DNA of 64,000 nucleotides from an uncultured Spirochaetales bacterium (GTDB lineage Bacteria > UBP6 > UBA1177 > JAKLFG01). Both the position numbers and the translations under genes were made by a program. How positions within the stretch are numbered: position 1 is the first letter of the stretch; every line of letters begins with the position of its first letter. Below, piece after piece: positions 9,298 through 19,872 of the stretch. The notes below the pieces were generated by a model. It searched no databases. It was not told the DNA's origin and was given only the letters and a program-made list of their open reading frames with translations. The stretch lies in contig CAYQBN010000007.1 in the NCBI GenBank assembly GCA_964415795.1, forward strand, positions 14,546 to 78,545, written 5' to 3'.

Positions 9298-9885
9298 TCA
9301 CCACCCGTTCCAGTGGACCTGTTTCGGGTTCCACTTGTCCTTCGGCTTCTCGACGCCGGTCGGGATGCCGATCGGGATGAGGGCAAGCGGCATGATGTGC
9401 GAGGGCATTTTGATGATCTGACGCACCGGTTCGATGCGGTCCTGATTCGGATAGATCGCGGTCCAAACAGCCCCGAGACCGAGCGATTCGACCGCGAGGA
9501 GTATGTTCTCTATCGCCGCCGAGCAGTCCATGATCCAGTAAACCGAATCGCGCCCACCATGCTGACGCTCGAGATCGCCCGCCACGAGGATCGCCGCCCC
9601 CGCCTTCTCGGCCATCTTCGCGTAGGGAAGGACATCGGCGAGTTTCTTGAGAAGCGCTTTGTCGGTGATGACGATGAACTCCCACGGCCGCTTGTCCACG
9701 GCGGTCGGCGCCGCCATGCCAGCCCGCACGATGAGCTCGAGTTGTTCCTTGGGGACAGCGCCCTCCTTGTAGGCGCGAACGCTCTTACGGTTGAAGATGG
9801 TCTTCAGCGTTTCATTCATCGGTTCACCTCCGAAAAGCAGTGACGCAACAAAGCACAGCGTCATAAAGGCGATCGTTCTTTTCAT
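9298..9885 (-). CDS. nitroreductase-family protein with an N-terminal signal peptide
   Basis: Nitroreductase fold signature (NRKSVRAYKEGAVPKEQLELIVRAGMAAPTAVDKRPWEFIVI) preceded by MKRTIAFMTLCFVASLLFG. It overlaps the upstream gene stop by 4 nt. Confidence 0.75.
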   Translation of the reverse strand: MKRTIAFMTLCFVASLLFGGEPMNETLKTIFNRKSVRAYKEGAVPKEQLELIVRAGMAAPTAVDKRPWEFIVITDKALLKKLADVLPYAKMAEKAGAAILVAGDLERQHGGRDSVYWIMDCSAAIENILLAVESLGLGAVWTAIYPNQDRIEPVRQIIKMPSHIMPLALIPIGIPTGVEKPKDKWNPKQVHWNGW

Positions 9886-10415
9886 CGTTCCTCCGCTCTT
9901 TTGCACAGTTCCTTCAACGCTATCCGTGACTGTTCATGATACTTTTTCTGGGGGAGCGACGCGACGAACTCGCGGTTGATGGCATAGAGTTCGGCGTTGA
10001 GTTCCTCGATATCGAGCACCGTCTCGTCGGTAAACTCGTGGGGACCCGGTCCGGTGAAGTTGCGCTCGCAGAAGGAGACCTCCCATTTGAGCGCGCCGCC
10101 GGTGTCGTCGAGGTAGAGTATCGGCAGACCGTGGGTACGACAGATGATCGGGCGGTACCGGTAGATACGGCAGAGCCCTTTGTGCAGAAAACCACACGGC
10201 GCAGACTCATCGAACGAAATGCCAGCAGGATCGACGCCGTCCCTCTCCATCTCGCGCAGGATGGCAAAGAACTCGACCGGGAAGACGGTGAGGTTGGTGC
10301 AGCACGCCGCGCACCCCTCGCGGCAGGTGATCGCCTCGCCGTGAAGCGCCGTGAGTCGCGCCGATTCTTCGTCAACATTCTGTCGCAAAATCAGATAACG
10401 ATCGAGCGGATCCAT
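9882..10415 (-). CDS. YkgJ-family cysteine-cluster protein (putative zinc/iron-chelating domain, CxxCxxCC)
   Basis: CREGCAACCTN motif plus additional Cys residues. The start is taken at the internal ATG (MDPLDRY) at 10415, just downstream of the lpdA stop. The longer six-frame ORF would overlap lpdA. Confidence 0.6.
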   Translation of the reverse strand: MDPLDRYLILRQNVDEESARLTALHGEAITCREGCAACCTNLTVFPVEFFAILREMERDGVDPAGISFDESAPCGFLHKGLCRIYRYRPIICRTHGLPILYLDDTGGALKWEVSFCERNFTGPGPHEFTDETVLDIEELNAELYAINREFVASLPQKKYHEQSRIALKELCKRAEER

Positions 10416-10422
10416 ATACGCT

Positions 10423-11793
10423 TTATTTATGGAGCACGCGGCCCAGTGCATCGAGCACCGCTTCGAGCGAGGCCTCGCAGAGGGTCGGGTGCGGGTGGAT
10501 CGCTTCCACGATATCCTCTGCCTTCGCTTTGAGCCGCAGGGCCGGGAGGAACTCGGCGATGAGGTCGGTCGCACCGTGGCCGATGATGTGGGCACCGAGA
10601 AGTTCATGGGTGTCGGCGGCGATGAGCACCTTGACCAGCCCGGCGGTTGTTCCTGAGGCCACTGCCTTGCCATTCGCCGCGAACGGGAAGCGCCCCACCG
10701 TGTAGGCGATGCCGAGTTCTTTCGCCTTTTCCTCGGTCAGCCCCACCGACGCAATGGCCGGCTCACAGAAGGTACAACCGGGGTTCTGTCGGTAGTCTAT
10801 CGGATGGGGATGGAGCCCCGCGATGTGCTCGACCGCGTGGACGCCTTCGTGTTCGGCGGTGTGGGCGAGCATCGGCGTCGCGATGAGATCGCCGATGGCG
10901 TAGATGCCGGCGACCTTCGTCTCGTAGTGCTCGTTCACCGGGATGAAGCCACGCGGGTCGGTCTCGATGCCGGTCGCCGCGAGGTTAAGCGGCGCGCTGT
11001 TGGGACGCCGACCGACCGCCGAGAGTATCTTCTCGACCGTGATACTCTTCTCGCCCGAGAGGGTGACGACCATGCCGCCGTCCGTTCTTTCGGCTTTTTC
11101 GACGCAGGTGCCGGGATAGCATTTTATCTTTCGTTTGCGGAACTCCTTGAGCAATTCTTTACTCATTTCGCCATCCTCGAGCGGAACGAGCCGGTCGAGC
11201 GCCTCGATGAGGTGCACCTCGACCCCAAACACCGAGAAGATGTAGGCGAACTCGACGCCGATGGCCCCCGCTCCGATGATGGCGATGCTTTTAGGCAGGG
11301 TTTCGCAGAACAAGGCGTGGTCGCTCGACCAAATGTGCTCGCCGTCAACCTTGAGATGTGGAAGATCCTTGACCGCCGAGCCGGCGGCGATGAGGATGCG
11401 GTCGGCGGTGTAGCTGTCGTTCCCTACCGTCACCTGTTTCGGCCCGGTGAAACGCGCTTCGCCACGGATGACCCGAATACCGTGCTTCTTGAAAAGGAAC
11501 TCGATCCCTTTGTTGTTCTTGGCCACCGCACCTTTCGCATGAGCGACCACCTCGTTCCAGTTGAACGACGGGGTGGCGTAAACGCCGAAGCGGCATGCCT
11601 CTTTCGCCTCTTCAAAGGCCTCGGCGGCGCGGATAAGCGCCTTTGCCGGGATACATCCCCAGTTGAGGCAGGTGCCGCCGAGAGTTTGGGTCTTTTCGAT
11701 GACGACCGGCGAAAGGCCGAGTTGCGCCGCCCGTATCGCGGCGACATAGCCGCCGGGACCGGCGCCGATGATGAGCAGGTTCAGATGTTCCAC
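10423..11793 (-). CDS. lpdA: dihydrolipoyl dehydrogenase
   Basis: 456 aa. Redox-active disulfide GGTCLNWGCIPAKAL, FAD and NAD Rossmann motifs, and the C-terminal dimerisation region HAHPTLSE. Confidence 0.9.
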   Translation of the reverse strand: MEHLNLLIIGAGPGGYVAAIRAAQLGLSPVVIEKTQTLGGTCLNWGCIPAKALIRAAEAFEEAKEACRFGVYATPSFNWNEVVAHAKGAVAKNNKGIEFLFKKHGIRVIRGEARFTGPKQVTVGNDSYTADRILIAAGSAVKDLPHLKVDGEHIWSSDHALFCETLPKSIAIIGAGAIGVEFAYIFSVFGVEVHLIEALDRLVPLEDGEMSKELLKEFRKRKIKCYPGTCVEKAERTDGGMVVTLSGEKSITVEKILSAVGRRPNSAPLNLAATGIETDPRGFIPVNEHYETKVAGIYAIGDLIATPMLAHTAEHEGVHAVEHIAGLHPHPIDYRQNPGCTFCEPAIASVGLTEEKAKELGIAYTVGRFPFAANGKAVASGTTAGLVKVLIAADTHELLGAHIIGHGATDLIAEFLPALRLKAKAEDIVEAIHPHPTLCEASLEAVLDALGRVLHK

Positions 11794-11846
11794 GAGAATG
11801 CTCCCTTCGCAGTTGGCGTAGAGCCATCATAACCGCCACCGAAAAA

Positions 11847-11875
11847 TTTACAACCCCTCCTCGACGGCGTAGGAT
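11847..11875 (+). promoter_or_regulatory. candidate sigma70-type promoter upstream of uvrA (TTTACA-17-TAGGAT)
   Basis: TTTACA at 11847-11852, a 17-nt spacer, and TAGGAT at 11870-11875, ending 33 nt before the uvrA ATG. The same architecture recurs upstream of other genes in the window. Confidence 0.35.
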
Positions 11876-11907
11876 AGCCTCACAGAGTTGTCTCAAACGG
11901 AGCCACC

Positions 11908-14694
11908 ATGTCCCGTTCCATACTGCTCAAAGGGGTTCGCCACCACAACCTCAAGGGATTCGACCTCGCCATTCCCCACGAGAAATTGGTCGTTATCACC
12001 GGTGTCTCGGGATCGGGCAAGACCTCGCTCGCCTTCGATACCATCTATGCCGAAGGACAGCGCCGCTATGTCGAGTCGCTTTCGAGTTACGCGCGTCAGT
12101 TCCTCGAACTGTCGGCAAAGCCCGATGTCGAGCACATCGAAGGGCTGTCGCCCTCCATCGCGATAGAACAGCGTGGCCTCAACAAGAGTCCCCGTTCTAT
12201 CGTCGGAACGACGACCGAGATCTACGACTATCTCAGGCTCCTATTCGCCCGCGCCGGAACGGTCCACTGCCACCAGTGCGGCCGCGTGATAGAAAAGACG
12301 CCCGCCGCTCGCATCGTCGAGGAGATACTCCACCTCACCGGCGAGAGGCTTTACCTCATCGCGCCGGTCATCGCCGGACGCAAAGGGACCTACGAGAAAC
12401 TCTTCGAGGACCTGCGCGGCGAGGGATTCGTGCGCGTCATCGTGGATGGGACCGAATACCGGCTTGACGAGCCGTTGCCAAGACTCGACAAGCAGAAAAA
12501 GCACGACATCGGTGTCGTGGTCGATCGTCTCGTCATTCGCGAAGGCGCAGACACGAACCGTATCCGTGCCTCGGTCGAAACGGCGCTCCGCGTCGGGGAA
12601 GGAAAGGTCGTTCTCCGCTTCGGTGACGGTCGCGAAAAGCTCTACAGCGAAGAATTTGGCTGTCCCTACTGCGGCATCTACTACGACGAGATCGAGCCGC
12701 GCTCCTTCTCGTTCAACAGCCCCGCCGGGGCCTGTCCCGCCTGCAACGGGCTCGGCTTCACCTTGCGGATGGACGAGAACCTCATCGTCACCGATCCTGC
12801 GAAGCCCCCCTCTCGCGGCGCGATCGCCGGGCTCGGCAACATGACCGCCCAGATGGTCGAGCAGGTGCTCGCCCATTACGGCGTAGACAAGAAAACCCCT
12901 TTCAACAAACTTCCCGAAAAGATACGCCGCTACCTTCTCTACGGAACGCCCGAGGAGATAACCTTCTCGGTACGCACCGAGCACATGAAACACGACTTCA
13001 CGCGGCCCTTCGAGGGCATCGTCACCGCGCTCGAGCGGCGCTACCGCGAGACGACGAGTGAGATGATCCGCGAGGAACTCGCCAAATACCTCGTCGAGGG
13101 CGGCTGCGAGACCTGTGGCGGCAAACGGTTGCAACCAAAAGCGCTCGCAGTGCGCATCGCAGGCAAGAACATCTATGAAATGGGCGAACTACCTGTTGAG
13201 GAACTCGCCACCTTGTTCAGCGACATCGATGCGCTCGGGTTCACCCCCTTTCAGCGCGCCGTCGCCGAGAGGCCGGTGCGCGAGATCGCCGCACGGCTCG
13301 GTTTCCTCGTCAAGGTGGGTCTTGGCTACCTCACCCTCAACCGAAAGACGGCGACCCTCTCGGGAGGCGAAGCGCAACGCATCCACCTCGCGACCCAGAT
13401 CGGCAGTGCCCTCACGGGTGTCACCTATGTCCTCGACGAACCTTCGATCGGCCTCCACGCCGCCGACACCGAGAAACTCATCGCGATACTGCGCGCGCTC
13501 CGCGATCAGGGGAACAATGTCATCGTCGTTGAACACGACCGCGACATCATCTCCGCCGCCGACTTCATCGCCGACCTCGGTCCCGGTGCCGGACGCAAAG
13601 GCGGAGAACTTATCTACGCCGGCCCGGTCTCAGGAATCGTTCGCGAGCCGCGTTCGCTCACTGGCCGATATCTCTCCGGCGAACTCTCGATACCGGTTCC
13701 CGACAAACGCCGCCGTCCAGCCGGCTGGATGCGGATACGCGGCGCGCACGCCAACAACCTCAAGAACATCACCATTGACATCCCACTCGGCGTGCTCTGC
13801 GTCGTGACCGGCGTCTCCGGATCGGGGAAATCGTCGCTCGTCATGGAGACACTCCTGCCGGCGCTCGAGGGGAAACCGGCGCCGCTCAAAAAGTTCGTGG
13901 TCGAGGGAGACCTCGACGAATTTCTCGAGATCGACCAATCGCCCATCGGTCAGACACCTCGCAGTAATCCGGCGACCTACACGCAGGCCTTCGGCCCGAT
14001 ACGCGATCTCTTCGCGCAACTCCCCGAGTCACGGGCCCGCGGCTATCGGCCGGGACGCTTTTCGTTCAATGTGAAAGGAGGCCGCTGCGAGCGGTGCGAG
14101 GGCGCCGGCGTCATCCGCATCGAAATGAACTTCATGCCCGACACCTATGTCACCTGCCCCGACTGCGGCGGAAAACGGTTCAACCCCGACACACTCGAGA
14201 TACAATTCAAAGGCAAGAGCATCTATGATGTGCTCGAAATGGAGGTTGACGATGCCCTTGAACTCTTTCACCCTTTTCCGGCAATACGACGCAAACTCGA
14301 ACTGCTCCACGAGATCGGGCTCGGCTACCTCGCGCTTGGCCAACCGGCACACACCCTCTCGGGCGGCGAGGCCCAGCGTATCAAACTATCGAAGGAACTC
14401 GCCAAGAAGAAAGCCGACCGGACGCTCTACATCCTCGACGAACCGACGACAGGGCTCCACTTCGACGACATCAAGAAACTGCTCGCGATCCTGAACCGGC
14501 TTGTCTCCCGCGGCGCCTCGGTCCTCATCATCGAGCACAACCCCGACATCATCAAATCGGCCGACCATGTGATAGACCTCGGGCCGCTCGGCGGCGACAA
14601 GGGAGGCGAGATCGTCGCCGTCGGCACCCCCGAAGAGGTGGCAAAAAGCGCCCAATCGCTCACGGGACAATTGCTCACAAGGATACTGCGATAG
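11908..14694 (+). CDS. uvrA: excinuclease ABC subunit A
   Basis: 928 aa. Two ABC ATPase modules ([23 protein letters not shown] and [11 protein letters not shown]), zinc-finger Cys pairs and LSGGEAQRI signature motifs. Confidence 0.95.
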   Translation: MSRSILLKGVRHHNLKGFDLAIPHEKLVVITGVSGSGKTSLAFDTIYAEGQRRYVESLSSYARQFLELSAKPDVEHIEGLSPSIAIEQRGLNKSPRSIVGTTTEIYDYLRLLFARAGTVHCHQCGRVIEKTPAARIVEEILHLTGERLYLIAPVIAGRKGTYEKLFEDLRGEGFVRVIVDGTEYRLDEPLPRLDKQKKHDIGVVVDRLVIREGADTNRIRASVETALRVGEGKVVLRFGDGREKLYSEEFGCPYCGIYYDEIEPRSFSFNSPAGACPACNGLGFTLRMDENLIVTDPAKPPSRGAIAGLGNMTAQMVEQVLAHYGVDKKTPFNKLPEKIRRYLLYGTPEEITFSVRTEHMKHDFTRPFEGIVTALERRYRETTSEMIREELAKYLVEGGCETCGGKRLQPKALAVRIAGKNIYEMGELPVEELATLFSDIDALGFTPFQRAVAERPVREIAARLGFLVKVGLGYLTLNRKTATLSGGEAQRIHLATQIGSALTGVTYVLDEPSIGLHAADTEKLIAILRALRDQGNNVIVVEHDRDIISAADFIADLGPGAGRKGGELIYAGPVSGIVREPRSLTGRYLSGELSIPVPDKRRRPAGWMRIRGAHANNLKNITIDIPLGVLCVVTGVSGSGKSSLVMETLLPALEGKPAPLKKFVVEGDLDEFLEIDQSPIGQTPRSNPATYTQAFGPIRDLFAQLPESRARGYRPGRFSFNVKGGRCERCEGAGVIRIEMNFMPDTYVTCPDCGGKRFNPDTLEIQFKGKSIYDVLEMEVDDALELFHPFPAIRRKLELLHEIGLGYLALGQPAHTLSGGEAQRIKLSKELAKKKADRTLYILDEPTTGLHFDDIKKLLAILNRLVSRGASVLIIEHNPDIIKSADHVIDLGPLGGDKGGEIVAVGTPEEVAKSAQSLTGQLLTRILR

Positions 14695-14704
14695 GAGAGC
14701 CTCT

Positions 14705-15403
14705 ATGAAAACGAAAGATGTCCTTTTCGCCATCGGTGTGGCGGTGTTCTTCTCACCATTCTTTTTCTCGGATGCAGTGCTCGCATGGTACAAGACCTTC
14801 AACGCCGAGCATGGGCTCATCATGGGCGGGCTCAAGTTCGCGGTTCTCGCGACGCTCGGTGAAGTGATTGGCCTCAGGATACGGACCGGCAACTACAATG
14901 CCCCGAACTTCGGCATCCTGCCGCGCGCCGTCGTCTGGGGCGCTCTTGGCGTCACGATCGCCTACGCCTTCATCGTCTTTCCGGCAGGCACCATCCGGTT
15001 CCTTTCCTACCTCGGCCTGCCGGTGACCCCCGACACGCTCAAGGGAGCGGTGACCGGTCTGCAGGTGCTCACCGCGTTCTCCGTCTCAGTGGGCATGAAC
15101 CTCATCTTCGCACCGTGGATGATGACGCTCCACAAGATAACCGACGAACACATCGCCCGCGGCGGGGGAACGCTCAGGGGACTCTTCCGTCCCATTCAGT
15201 TCGGCGAGATACTCGCCTCGCTCAACTGGAAGGTACAGTGGGGTTTCGTCTTCAAAAAGACCATCCCGTTTTTCTGGATACCAGCACACACCGTGACTTT
15301 TCTCTTGCCGGAACAGTACCGTGTCCTGTTCGCCGCGATACTCGGCGTCGTTCTCGGTGTCTTCCTCGCGATCGCGAGTCTGATGGGGAAACAGCAACGA
15401 TAA
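14705..15403 (+). CDS. hypothetical polytopic membrane protein
   Basis: Five or six predicted TM helices and no recognisable motif. It lies 10 nt downstream of uvrA. Confidence 0.4.
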   Translation: MKTKDVLFAIGVAVFFSPFFFSDAVLAWYKTFNAEHGLIMGGLKFAVLATLGEVIGLRIRTGNYNAPNFGILPRAVVWGALGVTIAYAFIVFPAGTIRFLSYLGLPVTPDTLKGAVTGLQVLTAFSVSVGMNLIFAPWMMTLHKITDEHIARGGGTLRGLFRPIQFGEILASLNWKVQWGFVFKKTIPFFWIPAHTVTFLLPEQYRVLFAAILGVVLGVFLAIASLMGKQQR

Positions 15404-15439
15404 GAGACCCGTTACGGCGTCGTAACGCGCGCGCTCCTA

Positions 15440-17155
15440 CTAGAACGGATTTCGCATCGGCAATATCTCAATGAGACCAATCAGCGAAGAATCGGAGTCC
15501 CCCAACAGATCCTGTATGCCGCCGATGATATAGGTCATGTCGGGATCGCCGCTTGCCACGACAAGACGATGGGCGCCACGGGGGACAGCGGTATCGCTCC
15601 ACTTCTGATAGGGGTTAAAGCTGAGCGTATCAAGCGGTGCGTACTCGTAGAAAGTAGTCCCCGCTATCTTCCCTTCCCCGTTTTCCTTGAACTCGTTGAA
15701 CCCGCAGATGCTCACCAGATACCCGTCGGCCGCATTGAGCACCACATCGCCGAGCCATCTCCCCCAGTAGAGCGGTCCGTTTCGTTGAGCCACGTTCGTC
15801 GGATCGAACAGGTAGGCATCGCCGCTGAGCGAGAACTCGCTGCCGCCCGCCGCGAGCACCATTCCCCCGGCCACGACGATCGTACCGTCGGTCCCGTTCA
15901 CCGCGAACGAGGCACCGAACAGGTTCGGCGCCGTATGAGGCCAATCGGTATACGCACTTTTGGTGATCATTGTCGCGAACTGGGAAGCGGATGCCTTCCG
16001 GCCGCCGATCACGAGGACCCGCGGATTGCCGAATTCGTCAAGCCCCGCCGGCGCGACGACCGGCATGACGAAGGTCTCGCTCTTATCGCTATGATATTCA
16101 TTGACCGTTACCGCAACTTCCGCACCGTTCACCGTGACCTCGGCACCCCAGATCTTCGATTGCGCCACACCGTCCCGCACACCGCCGACCATAAAGAGAG
16201 TGCCACTGCCGGTCTCAGGATTGCTCATGACATAGGCATAGCTCTGGTAAATCATGGCGAAATCCATCTCCTCGGTGTTGCCAAGGTACACTGCGGTGCT
16301 CTGGTCGTTGGTGATGACATCGCCGTTTTCGTCGCGGGGCCGCTGATTCCTCTTCGGAAGATCGACGGTGTAGAGTTCGACGCCGTTCATCGGGATGGAC
16401 AAAGTCATCGGCAGATCGGGGTAACCATCAACGGTCATCGGTGTCACCTCCATGTCCCGCACACCTCCCGCGATAAGGACACGACCGTCAGGGAGTACCA
16501 CCATATGATGGAACGCCCGAGGATTCTTCATATCAGCAATGCGATCGACCGTCCCCGTCTCGGGATCGAGCAGTTCTACATCTAGCGTTGCTTTCCATCG
16601 GGTGTTTTCCCGGCTGGTGAAGCCGCCGGTAACGAGGATGCGCCCGTCGGGAAGAAGAGCGGCGGCGTGGCCGAAGCGCGACGTGACAAGTGGGTTCGGG
16701 AAACAGCCTTTTCCCTCGATCGGATAGAGCACCGTCTGCACTTTCGTCTCTTTTTTCTTTTCGAAGGTCACATCACGCACCTCGCCGCGCCACTTCGGGG
16801 TACTCGTGTTCCCTTCCTCGAAACCCGAAAAGACCACCCGAGCGCCGGTCATCGGCGGGATACCGGTTATCTTTATTTCATTCGAAAGATCCTCTTTGGA
16901 GAATGACACCGCGTTCTTCCCGTTCACCTGAACGAGTTTTCCGCTCTCATCGTAGAATTGGATGGCAAGCGAGCCGAGCTTCTCGGATATGTTGGTTTTG
17001 CCGACATACTCCGAGCATTCGCCCGAAAGAATGGCGATCCCTATTTGGGGAGAGCCCTCTTCAGTATCGTCTTCAGAGATAGAGCCGCTACAGGCAAGAC
17101 CAAACAGCGCAACCACCACCACACCGATAATCAGTGTCACCCAAATCTTTGCCAT
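15440..17155 (-). CDS. Kelch-repeat beta-propeller lipoprotein
   Basis: Lipobox signal MAKIWVTLIIGVVVVALFGLAC|SGS, preceded by an AAGGAGAG RBS at the ATG at 17155 (the six-frame track begins at an upstream GTG). There are repeated Kelch-like blades (GHAAALLPDGRILVTGG, PRAFHHMVVLPDGRVLIAGG). Confidence 0.7.
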   Translation of the reverse strand: MAKIWVTLIIGVVVVALFGLACSGSISEDDTEEGSPQIGIAILSGECSEYVGKTNISEKLGSLAIQFYDESGKLVQVNGKNAVSFSKEDLSNEIKITGIPPMTGARVVFSGFEEGNTSTPKWRGEVRDVTFEKKKETKVQTVLYPIEGKGCFPNPLVTSRFGHAAALLPDGRILVTGGFTSRENTRWKATLDVELLDPETGTVDRIADMKNPRAFHHMVVLPDGRVLIAGGVRDMEVTPMTVDGYPDLPMTLSIPMNGVELYTVDLPKRNQRPRDENGDVITNDQSTAVYLGNTEEMDFAMIYQSYAYVMSNPETGSGTLFMVGGVRDGVAQSKIWGAEVTVNGAEVAVTVNEYHSDKSETFVMPVVAPAGLDEFGNPRVLVIGGRKASASQFATMITKSAYTDWPHTAPNLFGASFAVNGTDGTIVVAGGMVLAAGGSEFSLSGDAYLFDPTNVAQRNGPLYWGRWLGDVVLNAADGYLVSICGFNEFKENGEGKIAGTTFYEYAPLDTLSFNPYQKWSDTAVPRGAHRLVVASGDPDMTYIIGGIQDLLGDSDSSLIGLIEILPMRNPF

Positions 17156-17253
17156 TACTCTCTCCTTCCCTTCTTTCTTACGCACCCGTCCGGGTCAACC
17201 GGCGGAAAGTGCCTTATCATATAGTTGGTTTACGCAAAATGCAACAATTCGGG

Positions 17254-17805
17254 TCAGATACTCGGAGGCCACATGAGAATCGGGGACTCCGACGCCGTCC
17301 CATACACCTCGACACGGATCGCCTTTCCTCCACGCAGGGTCACCACGGCGTATGTCCCCGGAGTCCCGGTCGGGTCCCCTGCCAGCGCACCGGGATTGAC
17401 ATATACCACGCCGTTCTGTTCGCACACGAGCGGCCGGTGCGTATGCCCGAACACCACCACCCGCGGGCGCCACTGCGCGAGGATCTCCGCGTTGCTCGGC
17501 ATGAGACGATGCGGCGAAGTAAGATTATGGACGATGAAGAAACGAACGCCTCCTATCGTGATGCGGAGCGTCTCGGGGAGATCCGGGAGCGCGCCATCTA
17601 CATTACCCCGCACCACATGGATGGTCTCGTAACCATGGAGAAGGGTCAGCACTCGTTCCCCGCCGACATCCCCTGCATGGAGAACCGCGTCGAACGGCCG
17701 TTCCCCCACCCATTCGGGAAGAGTGCCATGGGTGTCGGAGATGATGAGTATGCGCTGCTCAGGGGCCTCGTTCGGCGTACGATGCGCATCGCTCACGACT
17801 ATCAC
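17254..17805 (-). CDS. metallophosphoesterase (YfcE-like calcineurin-type phosphodiesterase)
   Basis: MPP motifs ISDTHG, HAGDV, GNVD and GHTHRP are present. A 4-nt overlap with the upstream HD-GYP gene stop suggests co-transcription. Confidence 0.75.
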   Translation of the reverse strand: MIVVSDAHRTPNEAPEQRILIISDTHGTLPEWVGERPFDAVLHAGDVGGERVLTLLHGYETIHVVRGNVDGALPDLPETLRITIGGVRFFIVHNLTSPHRLMPSNAEILAQWRPRVVVFGHTHRPLVCEQNGVVYVNPGALAGDPTGTPGTYAVVTLRGGKAIRVEVYGTASESPILMWPPSI

Positions 17806-19545
17806 CTCGTTGCCGCCGAAGAACCGTTCCCTTTACTCATCATCTCGAGAAATGCCTTGCCAGTTTCTGGACAGAACTGCTTGCCGAGATTCTCACGGAT
17901 GATCTGGAGCGCGTCCTCCTTCGAGAGCGCCTTTCGATACGGTCGATCGGAGGTTATCGCGTCATAGGTATCGGCGATCGCGATGATGCGGGCCCCAAGC
18001 GGAATCTTTTCTCCTTTTATCATAGACGGATAGCCGCGGCCATCCCACCGTTCGTGGTGAAAGAGGATGAGTGGGATGATGTTCTCGAGCAGCTTGAGCG
18101 GGCGCAGGATCTCGGCACCGATGATCGCGTGTTCCTGTATCTTCGCGTATTCCTCGTCGGAAAGGCGTCCCGGTTTGAGCAGGATGTCGTCTCGCACGCC
18201 GATCTTGCCGACATCGTGAAGATTGGCGCCGATCTCGAGATCGCTCAACGCATACGAAGAGAGGCCGAGGTATTTGCCGAGCCGCACCGCATACTCGCTT
18301 ACCCGCTGGGTATGCCCCTTGGTATACTGGTCGCGCGCCTCGAGCGCCGTAATAAGCGACTTTATCGTCGAGAGCATGTACTCGTACTCTTTCTTGTAGA
18401 TGTTGTACTTCTCGAGGAGCAGCTGCTCGACGACGATGACCAGCTTCTCGACATCGAACGGCTTGATGAAGTAGCGCGAGATGCCGAATTTCTCTCCCTT
18501 CTTAATGTCGCTTCGCCGATCGCGAGCGCTCATCATGATGAGCGAGGTCTCCTTGAGATCGGGATTCTCGCGGACCTTCTTGGCAAGTTCATAGCCGTCC
18601 ATCCCCGGCATCTCGATGTCGGTGATGATGATCTCGGGACGCTCGCGCGCCGCTATCTCATACGCCTCCTTTCCGTCGGTCGCATGGAGCACATTGAGGC
18701 TGTTCTTCAGGAGCGCATGGGTGATGATCTCGTTCGAGACCTTGCTATCATCGACGAGAAGGACCTTGTTGCGCTTCTTGCGGTCGAGCACCGAGAAGTA
18801 CTCGTCTATCTTGTGGTTGAGTTCCTCGGGCGTCGTCGGCTTGACGAGGTAGTCATCGGCACCGATGTCGAAGGCGGTATCGATATCTATCGGCTTCTTC
18901 TTGTTCGAAAGTATGACCACGGGAATGAAGCGCCCCTGATTGTTCTCTTTGATCCGCTTGCAGAGTTGAAGACCGTCCATACGGGGCATTTCGATATCGG
19001 TGATGACAAGATTCGGAAGATGCTTCTGATAAAGTTCCCACGCCTCCTCCCCATCGGCAGCAATGTAGACATCAAAATCACGGTCGGCAAGGGTCTTACG
19101 GAAGAAGTGGCGCATCACCGCGCTGTCGTCCGCCAGCAGGATGGAACGACGGATCCTCTCTTTGGTCGCCCCGTTTTCTCCGTTCGAGCGGGAAACAAGA
19201 AGATCTTCGAAACGACGGGTAAAGTCCTGTTTCGTATAGAAATAGAGGTTGCCATCCTTTTGGGCGATCCGCTCGATGTTCCCCGAAATGTCTCGTGTTT
19301 CCTTCAGGACAAAGACGACCAGAGGAACCGCCGTAAGCGAACGAACGAACGAGACCATCTCCTCGAGGGAAAAATTGTGGTAGTGGTGCTGAAGCAGGAC
19401 CATATCGGGGTTGAACTGCGGCAGGTGCCTTTCGATGGTTTCACGGTGCGGTACGAGGAAGAGATAATCGAGACCGTGCGCAAGATAGAACTTGTTGAGG
19501 AATATCTTGAGGAGGTTGAGGTCAATGATGTTGAGAACCTTCATC
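17802..19545 (-). CDS. response regulator with two canonical receiver (REC) domains, an N-terminal degenerate REC-like region and a C-terminal HD-GYP phosphodiesterase domain
   Basis: REC1 reads LLADDSAVMRHF...ITDIEMPRMDGLQLCKRIK. REC2 reads VLLVDDSKVS...ITDIEMPGMDGYELAKKVR. The HD-GYP motifs are HTQRVSEYA...HDVGKIGV...HHERWDGRGYP. The start is taken at the ATG at 19545, which has a GAGGAGG RBS 5 nt upstream. Confidence 0.85.
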
Positions 19546-19808
19546 ACATCCTCCTCTTCGGTCTCGAATGATGAGTATAATAAAAAAAAAGTGAACAAGC
19601 AAGAAGAAAATGAACTGCCAGCCAAGAAACTTATATCTTACGAGAGGAACTGGGTTTTCCATAGAGCCACTTCCGTTTCAGAGGAAGCAATGAATGTTTA
19701 CAATAATGAACATGACTTTCGCTTTATTCTTATCGTATCCTTAGGTCCTGTTGTTACCTCCGGATAAAAATAAAAAAGCCGATAAGATGCGTAATTCACC
19801 TCGGTCAA

Positions 19809-19836
19809 TTGACAATCCCCCCCATCCCGTTATAGT
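19809..19836 (+). promoter_or_regulatory. candidate sigma70-type promoter for purM (TTGACA-16-TATAGT)
   Basis: TTGACA at 19809-19814, a 16-nt spacer, and TATAGT at 19831-19836. A GAGGAG RBS sits ahead of the purM ATG at 19873. The promoter lies in the 250-nt divergent region shared with the HD-GYP gene. Confidence 0.4.
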
Positions 19837-19872
19837 AGCATCGCTTTGACATGTCATTGTGAGGAGATCAGC

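Noticed and set aside
10804-11832. 342-aa plus-strand ORF
   Set aside because: Antisense to lpdA.
12241-13134. 297-aa minus-strand ORF
   Set aside because: Antisense to uvrA.
15569-16585. 338-aa plus-strand ORF
   Set aside because: Antisense to the Kelch lipoprotein gene.
18054-19571. 505-aa plus-strand ORF
   Set aside because: Antisense to the REC/HD-GYP gene, which has clear domain motifs.
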